From an uncultured virus (IMG/VR IMGVR_UViG_3300006149_000734) (Duplodnaviria > Heunggongvirae > Uroviricota > Caudoviricetes), in the IMG/VR virus record IMGVR_UViG_3300006149_000734: DNA of 64,000 nt; one strand, given 5' to 3'. Every line of letters starts with the position of its first letter. Position 1 is the stretch's first letter. The position numbers and the translations under genes are program-made. The notes beneath the pieces were generated by a model. It had not been told where the DNA came from. It saw only the letters and a list, made by a program, of their open reading frames with translations, and did no database searches. This document shows, in pieces, positions 28,409 through 36,864 of the stretch.

Positions 28409-29836
28409 TTACTCGGTTGTGTCCGGCGCAAAGCGGAATTTGAACGTGTAGTACATCTTCTCCAGTGCGTCAATGTCATCGGCGTAAACCACAAACCATG
28501 CGCTATCGCCCTCCGGCGCGTTGTTCGGGTCAATCTCGACATATGCCCCGGAGAGCAGCTTCTTTTCCGCTACCATCGTCTGGCATACACCGTTGGAAAC
28601 CTGCACCACGGTCATCCGTCCGTCCGGGTCGTTGTTGATGCGCCCGATCAGCCCCTCCACGGTGTCGTTCAGCCGCTGGAACAGTTCAAAGCGTACTTTG
28701 GTGCGCTTGATTTTCTTCCAGCCCTCATCCTCTTTGGCGGTCGGGAGAACGAGCGTGTTCACGCCCTGCTCCACCCAGACGGTATTCGCAGAGGAAACAC
28801 TGAACATCAGCACTCCCGCTTTGATTGCCCGTTCGTACTGGTTGTTGGTCAGCATCTCGGTCAGTTCGACCGCGCCAGTGATCGCAGCGTGGGTGATGCT
28901 CTCGTTACTCGGTGTCCCGGCGATAAGTCCGGCAATCCGGGCGGCCGCCATGTAGCCCTCGTAGACGTTCCCGCTGATGTCCACGAAGCCGTTTCCAACG
29001 TAGACGATCTGGTAATCGTTGTACGCGCTGGCGTGTTTCAGCCTGTCCTCGAAGTCCACCGTTGTCGGCTCTCCGATTACTCCCATGCAGAATGCGCCGC
29101 TGTCGTAGATGCGGTTGAGGAACAGCTGCATCACGCTCTGGATCGCCGTGTCCTCCGTGTCGATGGAGAGGACGTTCCAGCGGTAGGCTTCCAGCACCTC
29201 AAACGCCGCGCTGTACGCCGCCACGTTTACGGTCGGGTCTGTGCCGCCTGTGATTTCCACCTGATCCACCGTTTTGAGGGCTTCGCTGCTGTCCTTGGTC
29301 TTGGTCAGGTTGAAGTAGTCGCTCCCCTTGGTCTGGAACACCGACAGCAGGGCTTCCACGCTGTTCTGCGTGTTGTCGAAGGTCAGCCGTTCCAGCTGCT
29401 CCGTCCCCTCAATAATCAGCAGTTCGCTGGTGTTCTGGTCTGCCAGCGTGGGACGGATTGTCACCGCCAGCTTCCGGCTTCCAGGGTATTTGAGCGTCAG
29501 CTGGATAACCGATTCTCCCTGCGCGTCCTCGATGTTGTAAACGCCGGGTGTGCCGCCCGTGCCGAGCCGGATGCCGTACACCAGCCGCGCCCCGCCCTTA
29601 AACTGTTCCATCGGGACGGCGGTCGTGCCGTTCTCCCCGCCATCGCCGTACTTCTTGGCGATGTCCTCGTACTGCTCCAGCACCGTTGCCTGTCCGATGG
29701 GTCCCCAGTTGGAGCGGAATACGGCGGCGCATTTCCCATCGTCAACCCCTGCGATGGGCGGTGTGCCGTAGTTCTCGTAGCGGAAATACACGCCGGGGCG
29801 CGTCTTTTTCTCGCCGATAATGAAAAACGATGCCAT
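28409..29836 (-). CDS. Tail sheath protein (XkdK-like)
   Basis: RPGVY, WGP, WKKIK, DALEKMY. Confidence 0.92.
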   Translation of the reverse strand: MASFFIIGEKKTRPGVYFRYENYGTPPIAGVDDGKCAAVFRSNWGPIGQATVLEQYEDIAKKYGDGGENGTTAVPMEQFKGGARLVYGIRLGTGGTPGVYNIEDAQGESVIQLTLKYPGSRKLAVTIRPTLADQNTSELLIIEGTEQLERLTFDNTQNSVEALLSVFQTKGSDYFNLTKTKDSSEALKTVDQVEITGGTDPTVNVAAYSAAFEVLEAYRWNVLSIDTEDTAIQSVMQLFLNRIYDSGAFCMGVIGEPTTVDFEDRLKHASAYNDYQIVYVGNGFVDISGNVYEGYMAAARIAGLIAGTPSNESITHAAITGAVELTEMLTNNQYERAIKAGVLMFSVSSANTVWVEQGVNTLVLPTAKEDEGWKKIKRTKVRFELFQRLNDTVEGLIGRINNDPDGRMTVVQVSNGVCQTMVAEKKLLSGAYVEIDPNNAPEGDSAWFVVYADDIDALEKMYYTFKFRFAPDTTE

Positions 29837-30013
29837 TTATTTAACCTCCTTATTCAGAAATTTCTGGATGGTTTCCCTGGCTTCCTCGACCGTTGCCGTT
29901 TCCTTGCCGGCCGTCCGCAGAGCCACGGTCACCACCTCCGGGGTCGTGCCGAAAATCGGGCGCGCCTGTGCCGCCAGTTCGGAAACCTTGTAAGTTGCCG
30001 TGTTATCAGCCAT
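29837..30013 (-). CDS. Small hypothetical protein (58 aa)
   Basis: Not in ORF track; RBS GAGGA; abuts sheath gene. Confidence 0.7.
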   Translation of the reverse strand: MADNTATYKVSELAAQARPIFGTTPEVVTVALRTAGKETATVEEARETIQKFLNKEVK

Positions 30014-30947
30014 TTTTCTGTTCCTCCTTCTCTGCCAGATTGTGGTATGGGTGTATGAGTTTGATTTGGGCGGGTTCTTTCGGCGGCTGCGCCAGCACGC
30101 CGTACTGCCCGGTAAGCCCCAGCTGTCCCTCTCTCAGCGGATCAGCGTTGTGCCGGATGGTTATCCTGTTGATAAACATCGGGCTTGTGTCCGGCAGAAT
30201 GATCTCCCCGTCCACCTGCGCCCTCTGGATGATCGCCTTTGTCCATTTGTTGCGCTCTGTCACGCTCTCTGCGAGGACGTGCGCCGCAAATGTCCCGGTG
30301 AACCATGTCACGGCGTAGCTTTGTCGGTTGGTGCTTGCCGTTCCCTCGAAACGCCAGTAAATCGCCGGGTTTTCGTCCGTTGGCTTCCAGATGGGCGGCA
30401 TTTCGTCATAGCCGATTGCCGTCATCTTCCCGAAGTGACGCTTTGTCCACTCGTTCAGTCCCTGCACGGGATCGGGGTCTATCGTGATTTGCTCTGGAAA
30501 CTCCATCAGTTCAAAGGTCACGGTCAGCCCGTAGATTTCCGGCAGTGTGTCCTGCCCCTGGCTCCCGCCGATGAAGAATTCATCCGACCGCTCCCACTCT
30601 GCGCACACGGTAGCCCGGTCGCTCCCTGTGTAAAAGGTGCCGGAGACCAGTTCCATGAGACGGGCTTCTATTGCCCTGTCCGGGTCCTGGCCCCCGATGT
30701 CCGGGCATTCCCGGCTGCACACGATGTTGAACGTCATCGTTCCCTCTGTCTTGCGCTCCGGGTCGTGGCGCATATCCACGTTAAAGTCAAGGCGCGGGTA
30801 TTTGGGCGTTCCCCATCCCGGCGTGTCATCGTGCGGGGCTTTCTGGTAAAAGAACGCTGGCTGCCCATCAAAGACCGCCAGCATTCCCCCCAGCTGTGTG
30901 TCTGCGCTTACCTGTCCCTCCACGAGCCGCCTGATGTCTGCGCTCAT
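30006..30947 (-). CDS. Neck/tail terminator region protein
   Basis: Position and overlaps. Confidence 0.65.
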   Translation of the reverse strand: MSADIRRLVEGQVSADTQLGGMLAVFDGQPAFFYQKAPHDDTPGWGTPKYPRLDFNVDMRHDPERKTEGTMTFNIVCSRECPDIGGQDPDRAIEARLMELVSGTFYTGSDRATVCAEWERSDEFFIGGSQGQDTLPEIYGLTVTFELMEFPEQITIDPDPVQGLNEWTKRHFGKMTAIGYDEMPPIWKPTDENPAIYWRFEGTASTNRQSYAVTWFTGTFAAHVLAESVTERNKWTKAIIQRAQVDGEIILPDTSPMFINRITIRHNADPLREGQLGLTGQYGVLAQPPKEPAQIKLIHPYHNLAEKEEQKNG

Positions 30948-31240
30948 GTTCCTGCGCCGCCTGTCTGCGGGGCGTTATACTCGTAGTTGACGGTCTGGAA
31001 GTCGCTTGTCCAGTAAACCTCCCACACGCCGATTGCCACATCAGCTGCCGTGATGTCGAGGTAGCTGTTGGCGTTGTTCTGCGTGTTGCAGTAAAGCACA
31101 CGCAGTTTATCCGGGGTGACCTCTGTCACGAAACCGTTTCGTGCCGTGGTATCGCCCGTCCTGCGGATGCGGACGCAATCCCCGCGCTGAATCTGCGCCG
31201 TGTCGAACGCCTTGTAAGACGCATCAATAATCAGTGCCAT
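30944..31240 (-). CDS. Hypothetical protein
   Basis: RBS AAGGAGG. Confidence 0.7.
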   Translation of the reverse strand: MALIIDASYKAFDTAQIQRGDCVRIRRTGDTTARNGFVTEVTPDKLRVLYCNTQNNANSYLDITAADVAIGVWEVYWTSDFQTVNYEYNAPQTGGAGT

Positions 31241-31258
31241 GCGTTCCTCCTTTCCCCC

Positions 31259-31765
31259 TTAAAAGGGTTTCTTGTAGATTTCTTTGATTTTCGGCAGGGC
31301 GCGGTCGATGACCTTTTGCTTGTAGGGTCTTGGCTTCATCTTTCCAGTGCCGTTCTCCAGCATTTCGCCCAGCAGATGCCCTCCAGCCCTCTCCTTGCTC
31401 TCGATGGCGGCTACCGCACGGAAGTGTACGCCATTCTTTTCCACATGAACGTGCGTCCCCCACGAGTTGCGGAATATCCCGGTTCTGTTCGCTGGCGATT
31501 CTCCAGGAGCCGATGCCTTGTAATGCTGTTTTGTGCCTGGCACCAGATAAACTCTCCCGTTGCGGGTTCCTCTCAAAACAAAGATTGAAGCGTTGCGCAG
31601 CTGGTTGCTTGCCCGGTATGTCCGCTGCCCCACTTCTTTCTCCAAACCTTTCAGCGTGGTTGCCACCGTCTTGCCAATGATTTGGGACGCTTGCCCCCAT
31701 GCTTGACCGCTGCTTTGGGTGCTGTTCTGCCCGTGTCCTACCGCTTGCCCGTGGACGGTTGCCAT
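31259..31765 (-). CDS. HK97 gp10-like neck protein
   Basis: ASAPGESPANRTG, LENGT..MKPRPY. Confidence 0.8.
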   Translation of the reverse strand: MATVHGQAVGHGQNSTQSSGQAWGQASQIIGKTVATTLKGLEKEVGQRTYRASNQLRNASIFVLRGTRNGRVYLVPGTKQHYKASAPGESPANRTGIFRNSWGTHVHVEKNGVHFRAVAAIESKERAGGHLLGEMLENGTGKMKPRPYKQKVIDRALPKIKEIYKKPF

Positions 31766-32121
31766 CACACATCGCTCCTTTCCTCGCAGTAGTAAATCGT
31801 CCAGTGGTTCAGCCCTCCGGGATTGTATGGTGCCGTTTGGACAATGTACCGCATCTCTCCACGCACGAGAGAATCCCCGGCTTTGATTCCGAACGGGGCG
31901 ATTCCTTGCTGGATGATCTTGTGCGTGACCGGGTGTTCCAGCTGCCGCCACCGCTCTATTTCTTCTGGTTTAGCCGCAGCGAGGACGGCTCTGATTGTGC
32001 CGAGCCGCTCTGCGCCGTTGCTTATCACTCTGCCGCTGTCAGTTCTGCGGGTTCCGTTCCTGTACACGTCAAATTCCCGCAGTCCCTGTCCCGGCATCAG
32101 GTTGATTGCACCTGTGAACAT
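31765..32121 (-). CDS. Head-tail adaptor
   Basis: THKIIQ, AGD motifs; position. Confidence 0.7.
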   Translation of the reverse strand: MFTGAINLMPGQGLREFDVYRNGTRRTDSGRVISNGAERLGTIRAVLAAAKPEEIERWRQLEHPVTHKIIQQGIAPFGIKAGDSLVRGEMRYIVQTAPYNPGGLNHWTIYYCEERSDV

Positions 32122-32133
32122 TGCGCCGCCCTC

Positions 32134-32583
32134 CTATGTGGTCATTTTGCGGAACGGGTACGGCGGTCCCTCCGAGCCGTGCATGGCTCTTGGGTTTTCC
32201 TCCATCCCTCTGTGGAAATAGGGGGGCGTGTTCTCGATGGACGGGGCGAGGGTAGGAATGGACGCGGTTGCCAGTGCCTGTTTCTTCAACGCTTCGTACA
32301 TCTTTTGCCAGCGTTCTGCCCGGTCTCCGAAGTCGTACTGAAGCACATCTATCTTCGTGTTGACCTGGTACTGCATCTTGAACAGGATTGCTTCCAGCAC
32401 CGCCAGCTTTGCGAACAGCCACGCCTTTTTTCCTTCTTTCAGCCCCGTGAGCATCGCTTCGTATTCCTCATCCGCAAGCGCACAGGTGTCTGCGCCGCCC
32501 TCTGTCTGCGTATCGCCGAGTTCAAAGCGCATCTGGTCTTTTCCCCGCGCCTTGATTTGGGTGGGGTCGTAGCTGTATGTCAT
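32134..32583 (-). CDS. Head-tail connector
   Basis: MRFELGDT..LADEE. Confidence 0.7.
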   Translation of the reverse strand: MTYSYDPTQIKARGKDQMRFELGDTQTEGGADTCALADEEYEAMLTGLKEGKKAWLFAKLAVLEAILFKMQYQVNTKIDVLQYDFGDRAERWQKMYEALKKQALATASIPTLAPSIENTPPYFHRGMEENPRAMHGSEGPPYPFRKMTT

Positions 32584-32592
32584 GCTGTCCCC

Positions 32593-33177
32593 CTATTCTC
32601 TGTGCGACCGGGAATGGGCGGCGAGACCTTGCTGCGACTGGAATTTCCTGCCGCAGACCTCGCAGACGAATTCTCCCACTGTCCCGTTGATCAGGTCAGC
32701 GGCGGTCAGTCCGCCTGTTGCCCCCTCTGCGCCGTCAGAATTGCCCTCTGCCGCGTCTGCGGCTTCTCCCTGGGTGTTTTCCTTGTCGGTGTCCTCCCCG
32801 CCCTCCTGCGGCTTCTCTGCGCCGCTCTGCGGGTCAGAATTGCCCTCTCCTGCGCTTCCCGTTTCGGGTTGGGTGTTTCCCTCTCCCTCGCTATCCGCGC
32901 CATCTTGCGGCTCTCCTGCGCCCCCCTGCTGGGGCGTGGTCTCTTCCTGGGGATTTACCTCTCCCTCGCCTTGACCGCCGCCTGTGGGCGGCTGCGTGTC
33001 CTCCTGCGGGGGTTCTGCGCCGGGGGGAGCGTCCGGGAGGTCAACGCAGAGGATTCTCCCCATCTCGATAAGCCGCCGCCCCATCTGGGGAGAGATCACC
33101 CCATCCGGGATGACCTCTCCCACTTTGTAGTTCCTGTCGAAGCGCACGGGCTTGTTTGCGATATACGCCTTTGCCAT
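32593..33177 (-). CDS. Low-complexity protein with C-terminal C2H2 zinc finger
   Basis: CEVCGRKF..LAAHSRSH. Confidence 0.7.
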   Translation of the reverse strand: MAKAYIANKPVRFDRNYKVGEVIPDGVISPQMGRRLIEMGRILCVDLPDAPPGAEPPQEDTQPPTGGGQGEGEVNPQEETTPQQGGAGEPQDGADSEGEGNTQPETGSAGEGNSDPQSGAEKPQEGGEDTDKENTQGEAADAAEGNSDGAEGATGGLTAADLINGTVGEFVCEVCGRKFQSQQGLAAHSRSHRE

Positions 33178-33192
33178 AAAATCACCCCCTGA

Positions 33193-34236
33193 TTAAAGCG
33201 AGAAGCTGTCGCTCACTGCCCCCTTGAGGAACACGCCGAGGTCTGCGGAGGTGATCTCCGGGTCGGTGCAGAGAAGCCCCTCGATAAACTCCGTATGGGT
33301 GGATTCCTCGCCGGGGTACTGCTGGACGGAGGTGTACTGCCCGTTGCCCAGCATATCCCAGGTGAAGGTGTACCCTGCGCTGGGTTCGTCAATGCTGGGC
33401 GCGCTGGTGGTGTAAACGAGCAGGGCATCGTTCGGGTTGCAGATGAATTCCATCTTGTCTGCCGCTCCGATGGGCGCAGCGTTGTGGACGCTCTCTGCCA
33501 CCACGATTTCGTCCAGCCCGAAAAGTTGCGCCAGAACATTCACGGTCACGCTTGCCGGGTTCGCTTCGCTGCCCTGGTACTTGATGCGCTCCAAAATGGA
33601 GGGGTTGACCGTGAGGGCGGTGAATACGTTTGCGCCCAGCACCATCTTGTTCGGCTTGCGAAGCCCGGACAGGAGCATCCGGGTTCTCAGCTGGTGGAAG
33701 AAGGTCACGGGGTCGCTGTTCTCGTTGTCAAACTGATAAAACTCGTTTGCCCCTGCGGTGCCGGTGTTGATGCCCTTGTAGACATGGGTCCAGCTGTCCG
33801 GGTTGAAATACTTTCCCGCCCAGATGCGGTCGAGGTGGATGTTCATCTGCTCGGCCACCCAACGCACCTTGCTCCGGCGCGGGTCGATGACGGCGGGGGC
33901 GTTCGTCCGCTGGAAGTCCAGCGTGCTGATCTGGTCTACGCCCGTGATTACCTGGTCTACGGTGCAGTGATAGAATTTATCCCGCTTGCCGTAGATACCC
34001 GGTGCGACATGGCCGAATTCCGGCTTGCGGCTCATGTTGTCCCGCGCCAGATCGCCCTTGTCAAACTCGTAATAGTGCGCCGAGGAAGTCGGCACGGGGA
34101 CGATGGGGAATACCTTTCGCGCCACGAATCCCGCCATGTTCTGGAAGTAGGACAGGCAGATGTTCGTCAGATAAAGGTGCGGCTTAAACACCCCTTTCTG
34201 GATGCTGGCCGCCAGTTCCTGTGTAGTGAGTGCCAT
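33193..34236 (-). CDS. Major capsid protein
   Basis: 347 aa; LTNI..Y, FPIVPV, PSAGYTF; position. Confidence 0.88.
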   Translation of the reverse strand: MALTTQELAASIQKGVFKPHLYLTNICLSYFQNMAGFVARKVFPIVPVPTSSAHYYEFDKGDLARDNMSRKPEFGHVAPGIYGKRDKFYHCTVDQVITGVDQISTLDFQRTNAPAVIDPRRSKVRWVAEQMNIHLDRIWAGKYFNPDSWTHVYKGINTGTAGANEFYQFDNENSDPVTFFHQLRTRMLLSGLRKPNKMVLGANVFTALTVNPSILERIKYQGSEANPASVTVNVLAQLFGLDEIVVAESVHNAAPIGAADKMEFICNPNDALLVYTTSAPSIDEPSAGYTFTWDMLGNGQYTSVQQYPGEESTHTEFIEGLLCTDPEITSADLGVFLKGAVSDSFSL

Positions 34237-34262
34237 TGTTTATTTCCTCCTTTGCCCTTTCT

Positions 34263-34697
34263 TTAGTTGCCGCCGCTGGCGGCTTTCTCGTAGCCGCTCT
34301 TGGTCATCTGGATTTGTACCAGTTCCCCTGCGGCTGTGGTGGCGGTCATGGCGATGCCGAGAATGAAATTCCCCGCAGCCGCCTTTTGGACTGCGCCTGT
34401 AGTGGTGGCGGTCAGGTGTTCGCCTTTCTTGATGGCCCCGCCAGCCAGTGCCAGCCCGATGTCCTTAATCAGAACATCGACTTCGGTTCCAGCCTTGGAC
34501 ACGCCACTATCGTTCGCCGCCGTGTCGCTGAGAAGGATGCCGATGGCGGGGTCTCCGTCTGCGGCGGGGAGGATCAGCTTCCCTTCTGCGTCATAGGTCA
34601 CCGCCTTGTGCGGAGCGTCCGTCACGTCTGCCGCCAGCACGTCCCGAATGGTCGCGCTGTTGTTCATAAATGCGTTCAGATACTGCTTGTCTGCCAT
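34263..34697 (-). CDS. Capsid decoration protein (DUF2190-like)
   Basis: Ala/Gly-rich; directly upstream of capsid gene. Confidence 0.75.
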   Translation of the reverse strand: MADKQYLNAFMNNSATIRDVLAADVTDAPHKAVTYDAEGKLILPAADGDPAIGILLSDTAANDSGVSKAGTEVDVLIKDIGLALAGGAIKKGEHLTATTTGAVQKAAAGNFILGIAMTATTAAGELVQIQMTKSGYEKAASGGN

Positions 34698-34703
34698 TTT
34701 TCC

Positions 34704-35933
34704 TTACCTCCCCATGTATTCCGCTTCGTACTGCGCCGCCAGTTCGGGGTTTTCCTCGAACGCCTTGATGATAGCGTCAGGGGAGGACAGCCCGTCCGCA
34801 GCGGCTTTCTGCAGTTCCTGCGCCTTGATGCCGATGGTCTGCGTGGTGCCGGCACTGCCCTGACGGTTGCTGCCGATTTCCCCGAACAGGCCGCTCTTGT
34901 TCAGCGTGGTCAGGCTCTCATCCAGCAGGGCGATGTAATCATCGTAGAATGTGCCGCCAGCTTTCTTGAGGTCGTACAGCTTCGCCGCCAGTTCCGTGGC
35001 GTTCTTCCCCAGCGGCTCGTATTTCTTTGCCACAGAGGTGAGCCGCTCGACCTCAAGGCTCTTTCTCATGGCTTCCAGTTCCTCGTTCTGCCGTTTGGTG
35101 AGTTCCTGGAAGTCAGCCAGTGCCTTTGCCACCTCCGGGTGGAGTTCGCTCCCGCCGCCCTGCGCCACGGGTGCGGGGGTGACGGGGGGCTGTGCGCCCT
35201 TTTCTACGCCGCCCTCCGGCGCGGCCGGCTCTGCGCCGCCAGCGGCGGCTCCCTGTCCGTCCCCGTCAGGAATCCCATACCTCTTTTCGAGGTCGGCGAG
35301 TGCAGCCAGTTCCTCCGGGGTCATCTTGCTCTTGTCAATTTTCATGGTATCCACTACCTCCTTCTCAATTTTGCCGCTCTGCGGCTGTGTCGGATCATCG
35401 CCGAGATTGTACTGCCCCAGCAGTTTTGCCAAGGCTTCCTGTTGCGCCGTGGATTTCTGGATTCCGGCTTCGCTCTGCGGAGTGTCCATCTGTTTCCCGG
35501 CTGCCCACGCCCCTACTGCGCCCTTGACGGTTTCGGCGAATTCGTCCAGGCTTTGCAGCATGAGGGCTTTTTTCTTTTCTGCGTCCAGCGTGTCATCGCA
35601 CAAAATGGAGCAGAAACTGTCCGAAAGCGCATAGCAGTTGTCGAACATCTCACTGGTAACGTGCCGCATTTGTTCCCGGTTGAGACTTGCGCCGAACGTC
35701 TGCGCTTCCTTTTCCACATCATCAACAGGGTTTTCCTCCTGCCCGTCCGTTCCCGTTGCATCCTCGAAGCCTTTTTTGAGCCAGCGGAGGAATTTCTGGA
35801 ACAGCCCCATGTCTGGGTCTGTTTCCTGCGGCTGTTCCCCGCGCTTGAACAGGCGAATGTGAGCGTCTGGGTTGGCTCCCCGGTCTACGAGGTCTACGCT
35901 GGTTACGGACAGATTCTTCAGTTTGGTTGCCAT
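34704..35933 (-). CDS. Capsid scaffold-like protein
   Basis: VDLVDRGAN N-terminus, coiled coil. Confidence 0.7.
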   Translation of the reverse strand: MATKLKNLSVTSVDLVDRGANPDAHIRLFKRGEQPQETDPDMGLFQKFLRWLKKGFEDATGTDGQEENPVDDVEKEAQTFGASLNREQMRHVTSEMFDNCYALSDSFCSILCDDTLDAEKKKALMLQSLDEFAETVKGAVGAWAAGKQMDTPQSEAGIQKSTAQQEALAKLLGQYNLGDDPTQPQSGKIEKEVVDTMKIDKSKMTPEELAALADLEKRYGIPDGDGQGAAAGGAEPAAPEGGVEKGAQPPVTPAPVAQGGGSELHPEVAKALADFQELTKRQNEELEAMRKSLEVERLTSVAKKYEPLGKNATELAAKLYDLKKAGGTFYDDYIALLDESLTTLNKSGLFGEIGSNRQGSAGTTQTIGIKAQELQKAAADGLSSPDAIIKAFEENPELAAQYEAEYMGR

Positions 35934-35935
35934 CG

Positions 35936-36391
35936 CTACTTCTCACCTCCCTCCATCGGTTCCCGTATCGCCCTGCCCTCGATGGAGAACATGGTGTACT
36001 CGCCGTTTTTTATCTTCTCCCAGACTTCATCGTCTGTGATTTTGAAGCCGATCCACCAGCCCTGCGGCAGAGCGTCCTGCGGGATTCCGAGGGCGTTTGC
36101 CTTTTCCTTGGTGAATACGATACTTTCAATCACTTGCCCGATGCCGCCGCGCCTGTGCATCTCTCCGGCTGTCCCGAATTCTGCCACATACTCGTATGCG
36201 GCGTTCTCCAGTTCCTCGGTGTCGATTGCGTCCTGCTGCCAGTCTACAATCTGTTCGCCGTCCACCCGGACTGCCACGTTCGCCCAGCCGAACACGAGCC
36301 GTTTGTCATCGTCCGATTTCATCACCGTCAGGGTGTTTTTCTGCGGCTGCGCCCGTGCCTTTGTCAGCTGGTTGTAGGTCTTTGCTGCCAT
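35936..36391 (-). CDS. XkdF-like prohead protease
   Basis: RLVFGW, GEMH, GWW, FSIEG. Confidence 0.85.
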   Translation of the reverse strand: MAAKTYNQLTKARAQPQKNTLTVMKSDDDKRLVFGWANVAVRVDGEQIVDWQQDAIDTEELENAAYEYVAEFGTAGEMHRRGGIGQVIESIVFTKEKANALGIPQDALPQGWWIGFKITDDEVWEKIKNGEYTMFSIEGRAIREPMEGGEK

Positions 36392-36452
36392 GTGCATCCC
36401 TCCGTTTCTGTTTTACGGTTTATTGGTATATCCGTGTTGTCTAAATCCCGCG

Positions 36453-36481
36453 CAAAAAAGCCGGGCAGATGCCGGGGCTTT
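36453..36481 (-). terminator. Terminator after MuF/partner gene
   Basis: AAGCCCCGGCATCTGCCCGGC followed by T run. Confidence 0.65.
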
Positions 36482-36482
36482 C

Positions 36483-36851
36483 TCACTCCAGATTACGGTA
36501 AAATTCTATCAGTTCCTCGGTGTTGCTGACTTCCGCGAGGACGCTTTCGCCGCCGTCCATGCAGATTTTGCAGAATTCGTCCCGGAAGTTCTCATAGGTG
36601 AGTTCGACAAACTCCCACTCTCCGGGGGCGTATGCGTCTTTGTCCGCGATGAAGGTGAAGCCTGTCGCAGTCTTTTTCCCCAGCTTGCCCTTTATCATGT
36701 GCGGGTGTCTCGGCGGGGAAACAAAGCAAATCCCTTTGAAACCATGATAGTCCGGGTCTACCTTCAGCGCAAAGTCAAAGAATTTCTTTTCTCCGGGCAA
36801 TCGGTAGGCGTAGAGCTTCCCGTTGTCCACGATGCCTGTCTGCTTTGCCAT
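36483..36851 (-). CDS. Hypothetical protein, candidate MuF immunity/partner
   Basis: 122 aa, starts 13 nt after MuF stop, RBS GAGGTG. Confidence 0.7.
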   Translation of the reverse strand: MAKQTGIVDNGKLYAYRLPGEKKFFDFALKVDPDYHGFKGICFVSPPRHPHMIKGKLGKKTATGFTFIADKDAYAPGEWEFVELTYENFRDEFCKICMDGGESVLAEVSNTEELIEFYRNLE

Positions 36852-36864
36852 GTCGCTCACCTCT

